The notes below the pieces were generated by a model. The model was not told the DNA's origin. It searched no databases and worked only from the letters and a program-made list of their open reading frames with translations. A DNA stretch of 64,000 bases from Eledone cirrhosa (lineage: Eukaryota): positions 4,278,001 to 4,342,000 of the forward strand of contig OZ024741.1 in NCBI GenBank assembly GCA_964016885.1, read 5' to 3'. Of this stretch, positions 1-13,700 are shown one piece after another. Every line of letters starts with the position of its first letter. Within the stretch, counting starts at the first letter, position 1. Both the position numbers and the translations under genes were made by a program.

Positions 1-3000
1 ACTAGTAACCTACCGTAGGACAATCAGAGATAGTTAATGTGATATAGGAACTAGTAACCTACTGTTGGACTATCAGAGATAGTTTCTGTGATGTAGGAAC
101 TAGTAACCTACTGTAGGACTGTCAGAGATAGTTACTGTGATGTAGCAACTAGTAATCTACTGTTGGACTATCAGAGATAGTTACTGTGATGTAGGAACTA
201 GTAACCTACTATAGGACAATCAGAGATAGTTACTGTGATGTAAGAAGTAGTAACCTACTGTAGGACTATCATAGATAGTTACTGTGATGTAGGAACTAGT
301 AACCTACTGTGGGACTATCAGAGATATTTACTGTAATGTAAGAACTAGTAACCTAGTGTTGGACTATCGGAGATAGTTACCGGGATGTAGGAACTAGTAA
401 CCTACTGTTGTAGTATCAGAGATAGTTGGTGTGATGTAGGAACTAGTAACCTACTGTTGGACTATCAGAGATAGTTGGTGTGATGTAGGAACTAGTAACC
501 TACTGTAGGACTATCAGAGATAGTTGGAGTGATGTAGGAACTAGTAAACTAATGTAGGACTATCAGAGATAGTTGGTGATGTAGGAACTAGTAACCTAAT
601 GTAGGACTATCAGAGATAGTTACTGTGATGTAAGAACTAGTAACCTACTGTAGGACTATCAGAGATAGTTGTTGTGATGTATGAACTAGTAACCTACTGT
701 TGGACTATCAGAGATAGTTCCTGTCATGTAGGAACTAGTAACCTACTGTAGGACTATCAGAGATAGTTGCTGTGATGCAGGAACTAGTAACCTACTGTAG
801 GCCTATCAGAGATAGTTACTGTGATATAGGAACTAGTAACCTACTGTTGGACTATCAGAGATAGTTACTGTGATGTAGTAACTCGTAACCTACTGTATGA
901 CTATCAGAGATAGTTGGTGTGATGTAGGAACTAGTAACCTACTGTAGGACTATGAGAGATAGTTGCTGTGATGCAGGAACTAGTAACCTAATGTAGGATT
1001 ATTAGAGATAGTTACTGTTATGTAAGAACTAGTAACCTACCGTAGGACAATCAGAGATAGTTAATGTGATATAGGAACTAGTAACCTACTGTTGGACTAT
1101 CAGAGATAGTTACCGTGATGTAGGAACTAGTGACCTACTGTTGGACAATCAGAGATAATTACTGTGATGTAGGAATTAGTAACCTACTGTAGGACTATCA
1201 GAGATAGTTACTGTGATGTAGGAACTAGTAACCTAAAGTAGGACTATCAGAGATAGTTACTGTGATGTAGGAACTAGTAACCTACTGTAGGACTATCAGA
1301 GATAGTTACTGTGATGTAGGAACTAGTAACCTACTGTAGGACTATCAGAGATAGTTACTGTGATGTAGGAACTAGTAACCTACTGTTGGACTATCAGAGA
1401 TAGTTACTGTGATGTAAGAACTAGTAACCTACTGTAGGACTATCAGAGATAGTTACTGTGATGTAGGAACTAGTAACCTACTGTTGGACTATCAGAGATA
1501 GTTACTGTGATGTAGGAACTAGTAACCTAGTGTAGGACTATCAGAGATAGTTACTGTGATGTAGGAACTAGTAACCTACTGTAGGCCTATCAGAGATAGT
1601 TGGTGTGATGAAGGATCTAGTAACCTACTGTTGGACTATCAGAGATAGTTACTGTGATGTAGGAACTAGTAACCTACTGTTGGACTATCAGAGATAGTTG
1701 GTGTGATGTAGAAACTAGTAACCTACTGTTGGACTATCAGAGATAGTTACTGTGATGTAGGAACTAGTAACCTACTGTAGGACTATCAGAGATAGTTACT
1801 GTGATGTAGGAACTAGTAACCTACTGTAGGACTATCAGAGATAGTTACTGAGATGTAGGAACTAGTAACCTACTGTTGGACTATCAGAGATAGTTACTGT
1901 GATGTAGGAACTAGTAACCTTGGGTAAAACTATCAGAGATAGTTACTGTGATGTAAGAACTAGTAACCTACTGTTGGCCTATGAGAGATAGTTACTGTGA
2001 TGTAGGAAATAGTAATCTACTGTAGGACTATCATAGATAGTTACTGGGATGTAGGAACTAGTAACCTACTGTTGGACTATCAGTGATAGTTATTGGGATG
2101 TAGGAAATAGTAATCTACTGTTGGACTATCAGAGATAGTTACTGTGATGTAGGAACTAGTAACCTACTGTAGGACTATCAGAGATAGTTACTGTGATGTA
2201 GGAACTAGTAACCTAATGTAGGACTATCAGAGATAGTTACTGTGATGTAAGAACTAGTAACCTACTGTAGGACTATCAGAGATAGTTACTGTGATGTAGG
2301 AACTAGTAACCTACTGTTGGACTATCAGAGATAGTTACTGTGATGTAGGAACTAGTAACCTAGTGTAGGACTATCAGAGATAGTTACTGTGATGTAGGAA
2401 CTAGTAACCTACTGTAGGACTATCAGAGATAGTTGGTGTGATGTAGGAACTAGTAGCCTGCTGTAGGACTATAAAAGATAGTTGGTGTGATGTAAGAACT
2501 AGTAACCTACTGTAAGATTATCAGAGATAGTAGGTGAGATGTAGGAACTAGTAATCTACTGTAGGACTATCAGAGATAGTTGGTGATGTAGGAACTAGTA
2601 ACCTACTGTAGGACTATCAGAGATAGTTACTGTGATGTAGGAACTAGTAAACTAATGTAGGACTATCAGAGATAGTTGGTGTGATGTAGGAACTAGTAAT
2701 CTACTGTAGGACTATCAGAGATAGTTGGTGATGTAGGAACTAGTAACCTAATGTAGGACTATCAGAGATAGTTACTGTGATGTAAGAACTAGTAACCTAC
2801 TGTAGGACTATCAGAGATAGTTGTTGTGATGTATGAACTAGTAACCTACTGTTGGACTATCAGAGATAGTTCCTGTCATGTAGGAACTAGTAACCTACTG
2901 TAGGACTATCAGAGATAGTTGCTGTGATGCAGGAACTAGTAACCTACTGTAGGACTATCAGAGATAGTTTCTGTGATGTAGGAACTAGTAACCTACTGTA

Positions 3001-6000
3001 GGACTGTCAGAGATAGTTACTGTGATGAAGCAACTAGTAATCTACTGTTGGACTATCAGAGATAGTTACTGTGATGTAGGAACTAGTAACCTACTATAGG
3101 ACAATCAGAGATAGTTACTGTGATGTAAGAAGTAGTAACCTACTGTAGGACTATCATAAATAGTTACTGTGATGTAGGAACTAGTAACCTACTGTGGGAC
3201 TATCAGAGATATTTACTGTAATGTAAGAACTAGTAACCTAGTGTTGGACTATCGGAGATAGTTACCGGGATGTAGGAACTAGTAACCTACTGTTGTAGTA
3301 TCAGAGATAGTTGGTGTGATGTAGGAACTAGTAACCTACTGTTGGACTATCAGAGATAGTTGGTGTGATGTAGGAACTAGTAACCTACTGTAGGACTATC
3401 AGAGATAGTTGGTGTGATGTAGGAACTAGTAAACTAATGTAGGACTATCAGAGATATTTGGTGATGTAGGAACTAGTAACCTAATGTAGGACTATCAGAG
3501 ATAGTTACTGTGATGTAAGAACTAGTAACCTACTGTAGGACTATCAGAGATAGTTGTTGTGATGTATGAACTAGTAACCTACTGTTGGACTATCAGAGAT
3601 AGTTCCTGTCATGTAGGAACTAGTAACCTACTGTAGGACTATCAGAGATAGTTGCTGTGATGCAGGAACTAGTAACCTACTGTAGGCCTATCAGAGATAG
3701 TTACTGTGATATAGGAACTAGTAACCTACTGTTGGACTATCAGAGATAGTTACTGTGATGTAGTAACTCGTAACCTACTGTATGACTATCAGAGATAGTT
3801 GGTGTGATGTAGGAACTAGTAACCTACTGTAGGACTATGAGAGATAGTTGCTGTGATGCAGGAACTAGTAACCTAATGTAGGATTATTAGAGATAGTTAC
3901 TGTTATGTAAGAACTAGTAACCTACCGTAGGACAATCAGAGATAGTTAATGTGATATAGGAACTAGTAACCTACTGTTGGACTATCAGAGATAGTTACCG
4001 TGATGTAGGAACTAGTGACCTACTGTTGGACAATCAGAGATAATTACTGTGATGTAGGAATTAGTAACCTACTGTAGGACTATCAGAGATAGTTACTGTG
4101 ATGTAGGAACTAGTAACCTAATGTAGGACTATCAGAGATAGTTACTGTGATGTAGGAACTAGTAACCTACTGTAGGACTATCAGAGATAGTTACTGTGAT
4201 GTAGGAACTAGTAACCTACTGTAGGACTATCAGAGATAGTTACTGTGATGTAGGAACTAGTAACCTACTGTTGGACTATCAGAGATAGTTACTGTGATGT
4301 AAGAACTAGTAACCTACTGTAGGACTATCAGAGATAGTTACTGTGATGTAGGAACTAGTAACCTACTGTTGGACTATCAGAGATAGTTACTGTGATGTAG
4401 GAACTAGTAACCTAGTGTAGGACTATCAGAGATAGTTACTGTGATGTAGGAACTAGTAACCTACTGTAGGCCTATCAGAGATAGTTGGTGTGATGAAGGA
4501 TCTAGCAACCTACTGTTGGACTATCAGAGATAGTTACTGTGATGTAGGAACTAGTAACCTACTGTTGGACTATCAGAGATAGTTGGTGTGATGTAGAAAC
4601 TAGTAACCTACTGTTGGACTATCAGAGATAGTTACTGTGATGTAGGAACTAGTAACCTACTGTAGGACTATCAGAGATAGTTACTGTGATGTAGGAACTA
4701 GTAACCTACTGTAGGACTATCAGAGATAGTTACTGAGATGTAGGAACTAGTAACCTACTGTTGGACTATCAGAGATAGTTACTGTGATGTAGGAACTAGT
4801 AACCTTGGGTAAAACTATCAGAGATAGTTACTGTGATGTAAGAACTAGTAACCTACTGTTGGCCTATGAGAGATAGTTACTGTGATGTAGGAAATAGTAA
4901 TCTACTGTAGGACTATCATAGATAGTTACTGGGATGTAGGAACTAGTAACCTACTGTTGGACAATCAGTGATAGTTATTGGGATGTAGGAAATAGTAATC
5001 TACTGTTGGACTATCAGAGATAGTTACTGTGATGTAGGAACTAGTAACCTACTGTAGGACTATCAGAGATAGTTACTGTGATGTAGGAACTAGTAACCTA
5101 ATGTAGGACTATCAGAGATAGTTACTGTGATGTAAGAACTAGTAACCTACTGTAGGACTATCAGAGATAGTTACTGTGATGTAGGAACTAGTAACCTACT
5201 GTTGGACTATCAGAGATAGTTACTGTGATGTAGGAACTAGTAACCTAGTGTAGGACTATCAGAGATAGTTACTGTGATGTAGGAACTAGTAACCTACTGT
5301 AGGACTATCAGAGATAGTTGGTGTGATGTAGGAACTAGTAGCCTGCTGTAGGACTATAAAAGATAGTTGGTGTGATGTAAGAACTAGTAACCTACTGTAA
5401 GATTATCAGAGATAGTAGGTGAGATGTAGGAACTAGTAATCTACTGTAGGACTATCAGAGATAGTTGGTGATGTAGGAACTAGTAACCTACTGTAGGACT
5501 ATCTGAGATAGTTACTGTGATGTAGGAACTAGTAAACTAATGTAGGACTATCAGAGATAGTTGGTGTGATGTAGGAACTAGTAATCTACTGTAGGACTAT
5601 CAGAGATAGTTGGTGATGTAGGAACTAGTAACCTAATGTAGGACTATCAGAGATAGTTACTGTGATGTAAGAACTAGTAACCTACTGTAGGACTATCAGA
5701 GATAGTTGTTGTGATGTATGAACTAGTAACCTACTGTTGGACTATCAGAGATAGTTCCTGTCATGTAGGAACTAGTAACCTACTGTAGGACTATCAGAGA
5801 TAGTTGCTGTGATGCAGGAACTAGTAACCTACTGTAGGACTATCAGAGATAGTTTCTGTGATGTAGGAACTAGTAACCTACTGTAGGACTGTCAGAGATA
5901 GTTACTGTGATGTAGCAACTAGTAATCTACTGTTGGACTATCAGAGATAGTTACTGTGATGTAGGAACTAGTAACCTACTATAGGACAATCAGAGATAGT

Positions 6001-9000
6001 TACTGTGATGTAAGAAGTAGTAACCTACTGTAGGACTATCAGAGATAGTTACTGTGATGTAGGAACTAGTAACCTACTGTGGGACTATCAGAGATATTTA
6101 CTGTAATGTAAGAACTAGTAACCTAGTGTTGGACTATCGGAGATAGTTACCGGGATGTAGGAACTAGTAACCTACTGTTGTAGTATCAGAGATAGTTGGT
6201 GTGATGTAGGAACTAGTAACCTACTGTTGGACTATCAGAGATAGTTGGTGTGATGTAGGAACTAGTAACCTACTGTAGGACTATCAGAGATAGTTGGTGT
6301 GATGTAGGAACTAGTAAACTAATGTAGGACTATCAGAGATAGTTGGTGATGTAGGAACTAGTAACCTAATGTAGGACTATCAGAGATAGTTACTGTGATG
6401 TAAGAACTAGTAACCTACTGTAGGACTATCAGAGATAGTTGTTGTGATGTATGAACTAGTAACCTACTGTTGGACTATCAGAGATAGTTCCTGTCATGTA
6501 GGAACTAGTAACCTACTGTAGGACTATCAGAGATAGTTGCTGTGATGCAGGAACTAGTAACCTACTGTAGGCCTATCAGAGATAGTTACTGTGATATAGG
6601 AACTAGTAACCTACTGTTGGACTATCAGAGATAGTTACTGTGATGTAGTAACTCGTAACCTACTGTATGACTATCAGAGATAGTTGGTGTGATGTAGGAA
6701 CTAGTAACCTACTGTAGGACTATGAGAGATAGTTGCTGTGATGCAGGAACTAGTAACCTAATGTAGGATTATTAGAGATAGTTACTGTTATGTAAGAACT
6801 AGTAACCTACCGTAGGACAATCAGAGATAGTTAATGTGATATAGGAACTAGTAACCTACTGTTGGACTATCAGAGATAGTTACCGTGATGTAGGAACTAG
6901 TGACCTACTGTTGGACAATCAGAGATAATTACTGTGATGTAGGAATTAGTAACCTACTGTAGGACTATCAGAGATAGTTACTGTGATGTAGGAACTAGTA
7001 ACCTAATGTAGGACTATCAGAGATAGTTACTGTGATGTAGGAACTAGTAACCTACTGTAGGACTATCAGAGATAGTTACTGTGATGTAGGAACTAGTAAC
7101 CTACTGTAGGACTATCAGAGATAGTTACTGTGATGTAGGAACTAGTAACCTACTGTTGGACTATCAGAGATAGTTACTGTGATGTAAGAACTAGTAACCT
7201 ACTGTAGGACTATCAGAGATAGTTACTGTGATGTAGGAACTAGTAACCTACTGTTGGACTATCAGAGATAGTTACTGTGATGTAGGAACTAGTAACCTAG
7301 TGTAGGACTATCAGAGATAGTTACTGTGATGTAGGAACTAGTAACCTACTGTAGGACTATCAGAGATAGTTGGTGTGATGTAGGAACTAGTAGCCTGCTG
7401 TAGGACTATAAAAGATAGTTGGTGTGATGTAAGAACTAGTAACCTACTGTAAGATTATCAGAGATAGTAGGTGAGATGTAGGAACTAGTAATCTACTGTA
7501 GGACTATCAGAGATAGTTGGTGATGTAGGAACTAGTAACCTACTGTAGGACTATCTGAGATAGTTACTGTGATGTAGGAACTAGTTAACTAATGTAGGAC
7601 TATCAGAGATAGTTGGTGTGATGTAGGAACTAGTAATCTACTGTAGGACTATCAGAGATAGTTGGTGATGTAGGAACTAGTAACCTAATGTAGGACTATC
7701 AGAGATAGTTACTGTGATGTAAGAACTAGTAACCTACTGTAGGACTATCAGAGATAGTTGTTGTGATGTATGAACTAGTAACCTACTGTTGGACTATCAG
7801 AGATAGTTCCTGTCATGTAGGAACTAGTAACCTACTGTAGGACTATCAGAGATAGTTGCTGTGATGCAGGAACTAGTAACCTACTGTAGGACTATCAGAG
7901 ATAGTTTCTGTGATGTAGGAACTAGTAACCTACTGTAGGACTGTCAGAGATAGTTACTGTGATGTAGCAACTAGTAATCTACTGTTGGACTATCAGAGAT
8001 AGTTACTGTGATGTAGGAACTAGTAACCTACTATAGGACAATCAGAGATAGTTACTGTGATGTAAGAAGTAGTAACCTACTGTAGGACTATCAGAGATAG
8101 TTACTGTGATGTAGGAACTAGTAACCTACTGTGGGACTATCAGAGATATTTACTGTAATGTAAGAACTAGTAACCTAGTGTTGGACTATCGGAGATAGTT
8201 ACCGGGATGTAGGAACTAGTAACCTACTGTTGTAGTATCAGAGATAGTTGGTGTGATGTAGGAACTAGTAACCTACTGTTGGACTATCAGAGATAGTTGG
8301 TGTGATGTAGGAACTAGTAACCTACTGTAGGACTATCAGAGATAGTTGGTGTGATGTAGGAACTAGTAAACTAATGTAGGACTATCAGAGATAGTTGGTG
8401 ATGTAGGAACTAGTAACCTAATGTAGGACTATCAGAGATAGTTACTGTGATGTAAGAACTAGTAACCTACTGTAGGACTATCAGAGATAGTTGTTGTGAT
8501 GTATGAACTAGTAACCTACTGTTGGACTATCAGAGATAGTTCCTGTCATGTAGGAACTAGTAACCTACTGTAGGACTATCAGAGATAGTTGCTGTGATGC
8601 AGGAACTAGTAACCTACTGTAGGCCTATCAGAGATAGTTACTGTGATATAGGAACTAGTAACCTACTGTTGGACTATCAGAGATAGTTACTGTGATGTAG
8701 TAACTCGTAACCTACTGTATGACTATCAGAGATAGTTGGTGTGATGTAGGAACTAGTAACCTACTGTAGGACTATGAGAGATAGTTGCTGTGATGCAGGA
8801 ACTAGTAACCTAATGTAGGATTATTAGAGATAGTTACTGTTATGTAAGAACTAGTAACCTACCGTAGGACAATCAGAGATAGTTAATGTGATATAGGAAC
8901 TAGTAACCTACTGTTGGACTATCAGAGATAGTTACCGTGATGTAGGAACTAGTGACCTACTGTTGGACAATCAGAGATAATTACTGTGATGTAGGAATTA

Positions 9001-12000
9001 GTAACCTACTGTAGGACTATCAGAGATAGTTACTGTGATGTAGGAACTAGTAACCTAATGTAGGACTATCAGAGATAGTTACTGTGAGGTAGGAACTAGT
9101 AACCTACTGTAGGACTATCAGAGATAGTTACTGTGATGTAGGAACTAGTAACCTACTGTAGGACTATCAGAGATAGTTACTGTGATGTAGGAACTAGTAA
9201 CCTACTGTTGGACTATCAGAGATAGTTACTGTGATGTAAGAACTAGTAACCTACTGTAGGACTATCAGAGATAGTTACTGTGATGTAGGAACTAGTAACC
9301 TACTGTTGGACTATCAGAGATAGTTACTGTGATGTAGGAACTAGTAACCTAGTGTAGGACTATCAGAGATAGTTACTGTGATGTAGGAACTAGTAACCTA
9401 CTGTAGGCCTATCAGAGATAGTTGGTGTGATGAAGGATCTAGTAACCTACTGTTGGACTATCAGAGATAGTTACTGTGATGTAGGAACTAGTAACCTACT
9501 GTTGGACTATCAGAGATAGTTGGTGTGATGTAGAAACTAGTAACCTACTGTTGGACTATCAGAGATAGTTACTGTGATGTAGGAACTAGTAACCTACTGT
9601 AGGACTATCAGAGATAGTTACTGTGATGTAGGAACTAGTAACCTACTGTAGGCCTATCAGAGATAGTTGGTGTGATGAAGGATCTAGTAACCTACTGTTG
9701 GACTATCAGAGATAGTTACTGTGATGTAGGAACTAGTAACCTACTGTTGGACTATCAGAGATAGTTGGTGTGATGTAGAAACTAGTAACCTACTGTTGGA
9801 CTATCAGAGATAGTTACTGTGATGTAGGAAATAGTAATCTACTGTAGGACTATCATAGATAGTTACTGGGATGTAGGAACTAGTAACCTACTGTTGGACT
9901 ATCAGTGATAGTTATTGGGATGTAGGAAATAGTAATCTACTGTTGGACTATCAGAGATAGTTACTGTGATGTAGGAACTAGTAACCTACTGTAGGACTAT
10001 CAGAGATAGTTACTGTGATGTAGGAACTAGTAACCTAATGTAGGACTATCAGAGATAGTTACTGTGATGTATGAACTAGTAACCTACTGTAGGACTATCA
10101 GAGATAGTTACTGTGATGTAGGAACTAGTAACCTACTGTTGGACTATCAGAGATAGTTACTGTGATGTAGGAACTAGTAACCTAGTGTAGGACTATCAGA
10201 GATAGTTACTGTGATGTAGGAACTAGTAACCTACTGTAGGACTATCAGAGATAGTTGGTGTGATGTAGGAACTAGTAGCCTGCTGTAGGACTATAAAAGA
10301 TAGTTGGTGTGATGTAAGAACTAGTAACCTACTGTAAGATTATCAGAGATAGTTGGTGAGATGTAGGAACTAGTAATCTACTGTAGGACTATCAGAGATA
10401 GTTGGTGATGTAGGAACTAGTAACCTACTGTAGGACTATCAGAGATAGTTACTGTGATGTAGGAACTAGTAAACTAATGTAGGACTATCAGAGATAGTTG
10501 GTGTGATGTAGGAACTAGTAATCTACTGTAGGACTATCAGAGATAGTTGGTGATGTAGGAACTAGTAACCTAATGTAGGACTATCAGAGATAGTTACTGT
10601 GATGTAGGAACTAGTAACCTACTGTTGGACTATCACTGATAGTTGGTGTGATGTAGGAACTAGTAAACTAATGTAGGACTATCAGAGATAGTTGGTGATG
10701 TAGGAACTAGTAACCTAATGTAGGACTATCAGAGATAGTTACTGTGATGTAAGAACTAGTAACCTACTGTAGGACTATCAGAGATAGTTGTTGTGATGTA
10801 TGAACTAGTAACCTACTGTTGGACTATCAGAGATAGTTCCTGTCATGTAGGAACTAGTAACCTACTGTAGGACTATCAGAGATAGTTGCTGTGATGCAGG
10901 AACTAGTAACCTACTGTAGGCCTATCAGAGATAGTTACTGTGATATAGGAACTAGTAACCTACTGTTGGACTATCAGAGATAGTTACTGTGATGTAGTAA
11001 CTCGTAACCTACTGTATGACTATCAGAGATAGTTGGTGTGATGTAGGAACTAGTAACCTACTGTAGGACTATGAGAGATAGTTGCTGTGATGCAGGAACT
11101 AGTAACCTAATGTAGGATTATTAGAGATAGTTACTGTTATGTAAGAACTAGTAACCTACCGTAGGACAATCAGAGATAGTTAATGTGATATAGGAACTAG
11201 TAACCTACTGTTGGACTATCAGAGATAGTTACCGTGATGTAGGAACTAGTGACCTACTGTTGGACAATCAGAGATAATTACTGTGATGTAGGAACTAGTA
11301 ACCTACTGTAGGACTATCAGAGATAGTTACTGTGATGTAGGAACTAGTAACCTAATGTAGGACTATCAGAGATAGTTACTGTGATGTTGGAACTAGTAAC
11401 CTACTGTAGGACTATCAGAGATAGTTACTGTGATGTAGGAACTAGTAACCTACTGTTGGACTATCAGAGATAGTTACTGTGATGTAAGAACTAGTAACCT
11501 ACTGTAGGACTATCAGAGATAGTTACTGTGATGTAGGAACTAGTAAACTACTGTTGGACTATCAGAGATAGTTACTGTGATGTAGGAACTAGTAACCTAG
11601 TGTAGGACTATCAGAGATAGTTACTGTGATGTAGGAACTAGTAACCTACTGTAGGCCTATCAGAGATAGTTGGTGTGATGAAGGATCTAGTAACCTACTG
11701 TTGGACTATCAGAGATAGTTACTGTGATGTAGGAACTAGTAACCTACTGTTGGACTATCAGAGATAGTTGGTGTGATGTAGAAACTAGTAACCTACTGTT
11801 GGACTATCAGAGATAGTTACTGTGATGTAGGAAATAGTAATCTACTGTAGGACTATCATAGATAGTTACTGGGATGTAGGAACTAGTAACCTACTGTTGG
11901 ACTATCAGTGATAGTTATTGGGATGTAGGAAATAGTAATCTACTGTTGGACTATCAGAGATAGTTACTGTGATGTAGGAACTAGTAACCTACTGTAGGAC

Positions 12001-13700
12001 TATGAGAGACAGTTACTGTGATGTAGGAACTAGTAACCTAATGTAGGACTATCAGAGATAGTTACTGTGATGTAAGAACTAGTAACCTACTGTAGGACTA
12101 TCAGAGATAGTTACTGTGATGTAGGAACTAGTAACCTACTGTTGGACTATCAGAGATAGTTACTGTGATGTAGGAACTAGTAACCTAGTGTAGGACTATC
12201 AGAGATAGTTACTGTGATGTAGGAACTAGTAACCTACTGTTGTAGTATCAGAGATAGTTGGTGTGATGTAGGAACTAGTAACCTACTGTTGGACTATCAG
12301 AGATAGTTGGTGTGATGTAGTAACTAGTAACCTACTGTAGGACTATCAGAGATAGTTGGTGTGATGTAGGAACTAGTAACCTACTGTAGGACTATCAGAG
12401 ATAGTTGGTGTGATGTAGGAACTAGTAGCCTGCTGTAGGACTATAAAAGATAGTTGGTGTGATGTAAGAACTAGTAACCTACTGTAAGATTATCAGAGAT
12501 AGTTGGTGAGATGTAGGAACTAGTAATCTACTGTAGGACTATCAGAGATAGTTGGTGATGTAGGAACTAGTAACCTACTGTAGGACTATCAGAGATAGTT
12601 ACTGTGATGTAGGAACTAGTAAACTAATGTAGGACTATCAGAGATAGTTGGTGTGATGTAGGAACTAGTAATCTACTGTAGGACTATCAGAGATAGTTGG
12701 TGATGTAGGAACTAGTAACCTAATGTAGGACTATCAGAGATAGTTACTGTGATGTAAGAACTAGTAACCTACTGTAGGACTATCAGAGATAGTTGTTGTG
12801 ATGTATGAACTAGTAACCTACTGTTGGACTATCAGAGATAGTTCCTGTCATGTAGGAACTAGTAACCTACTGTAGGACTATCAGAGATAGTTGCTGTGAT
12901 GCAGGAACTAGTAACCTACTGTAGGCCTATAAGAGATAGTTACTGTGATATAGGAACTAGTAACCTACTGTTGGACTATCAGAGATAGTTACTGTGATGT
13001 AGTAACTCGTAACCTACTGTATGACTATCAGAGATAGTTGGTGTGATGTAGGAACTAGTAACCTACTGTAGGACTATGAGAGATAGTTGCTGTGATGCAG
13101 GAACTAGTAACCTAATGTAGGATTATTAGAGATAGTTACTGTTATGTAAGAACTAGTAACCTACCGTAGGACAATCAGAGATAGTTAATGTGATATAGGA
13201 ACTAGTAACCTACTGTTGGACTATCAGAGATAGTTACTGTGATGTAGGAACTAGTAACCTACTGTAGGACTATCAGAGATAGTTACTGTGATGTAGGAAC
13301 TAGTAACCTAATGTAGGACTATCAGAGATAGTTACTGTGATGTAGGAACTAGTAACCTACTGTAGGACTATCAGAGATAGTTACTGTGATGTAGGAACTA
13401 GTAACCTACTGTAGGACTATCAGAGATAGTTACTGTGATGTAGGAACTAGTAACCTACTGTTGGACTATCAGAGATAGTTACTGTGATGTAAGAACTAGT
13501 AACCTACTGTAGGACTATCAGAGATAGTTACTGTGATGTAGGAACTAGTAACCTACTGTTGGACTATCAGAGATAGTTACTGTGATGTAGGAACTAGTAA
13601 CCTAGTGTAGGACTATCAGAGATAGTTACTGTGATGTAGGAACTAGTAACCTACTGTAGGCCTATCAGAGATAGTTGGTGTGATGAAGGATCTAGTAACC
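1..13700. repeat. Higher-order repeat domain A: 59-mer (2885 bp) unit and shortened derivatives
   Basis: Marker ACTCG at 881, 3766, 6651, 8703, 11000, 13005 (spacings 2885, 2885, 2052, 2297, 2005). Marker GCCTGC at 2456, 5341, 7393, 10278, 12428 (2885, 2052, 2885, 2150). 2885 = 59x49-6, i.e. three 47-bp monomers per unit. The right boundary is approximate. Confidence 0.85.

Noticed and set aside
1271-1320. Hammerhead ribozyme satellite: the minus strand has CTGATAGTCCTAC-A-GTAGG, resembling CUGAUGAGUCC plus stem II
   Set aside because: The core is CUGAUA rather than CUGANGA, and the required GAAA after stem II is absent (TTAC follows). An Infernal search against the Rfam hammerhead models would settle it.
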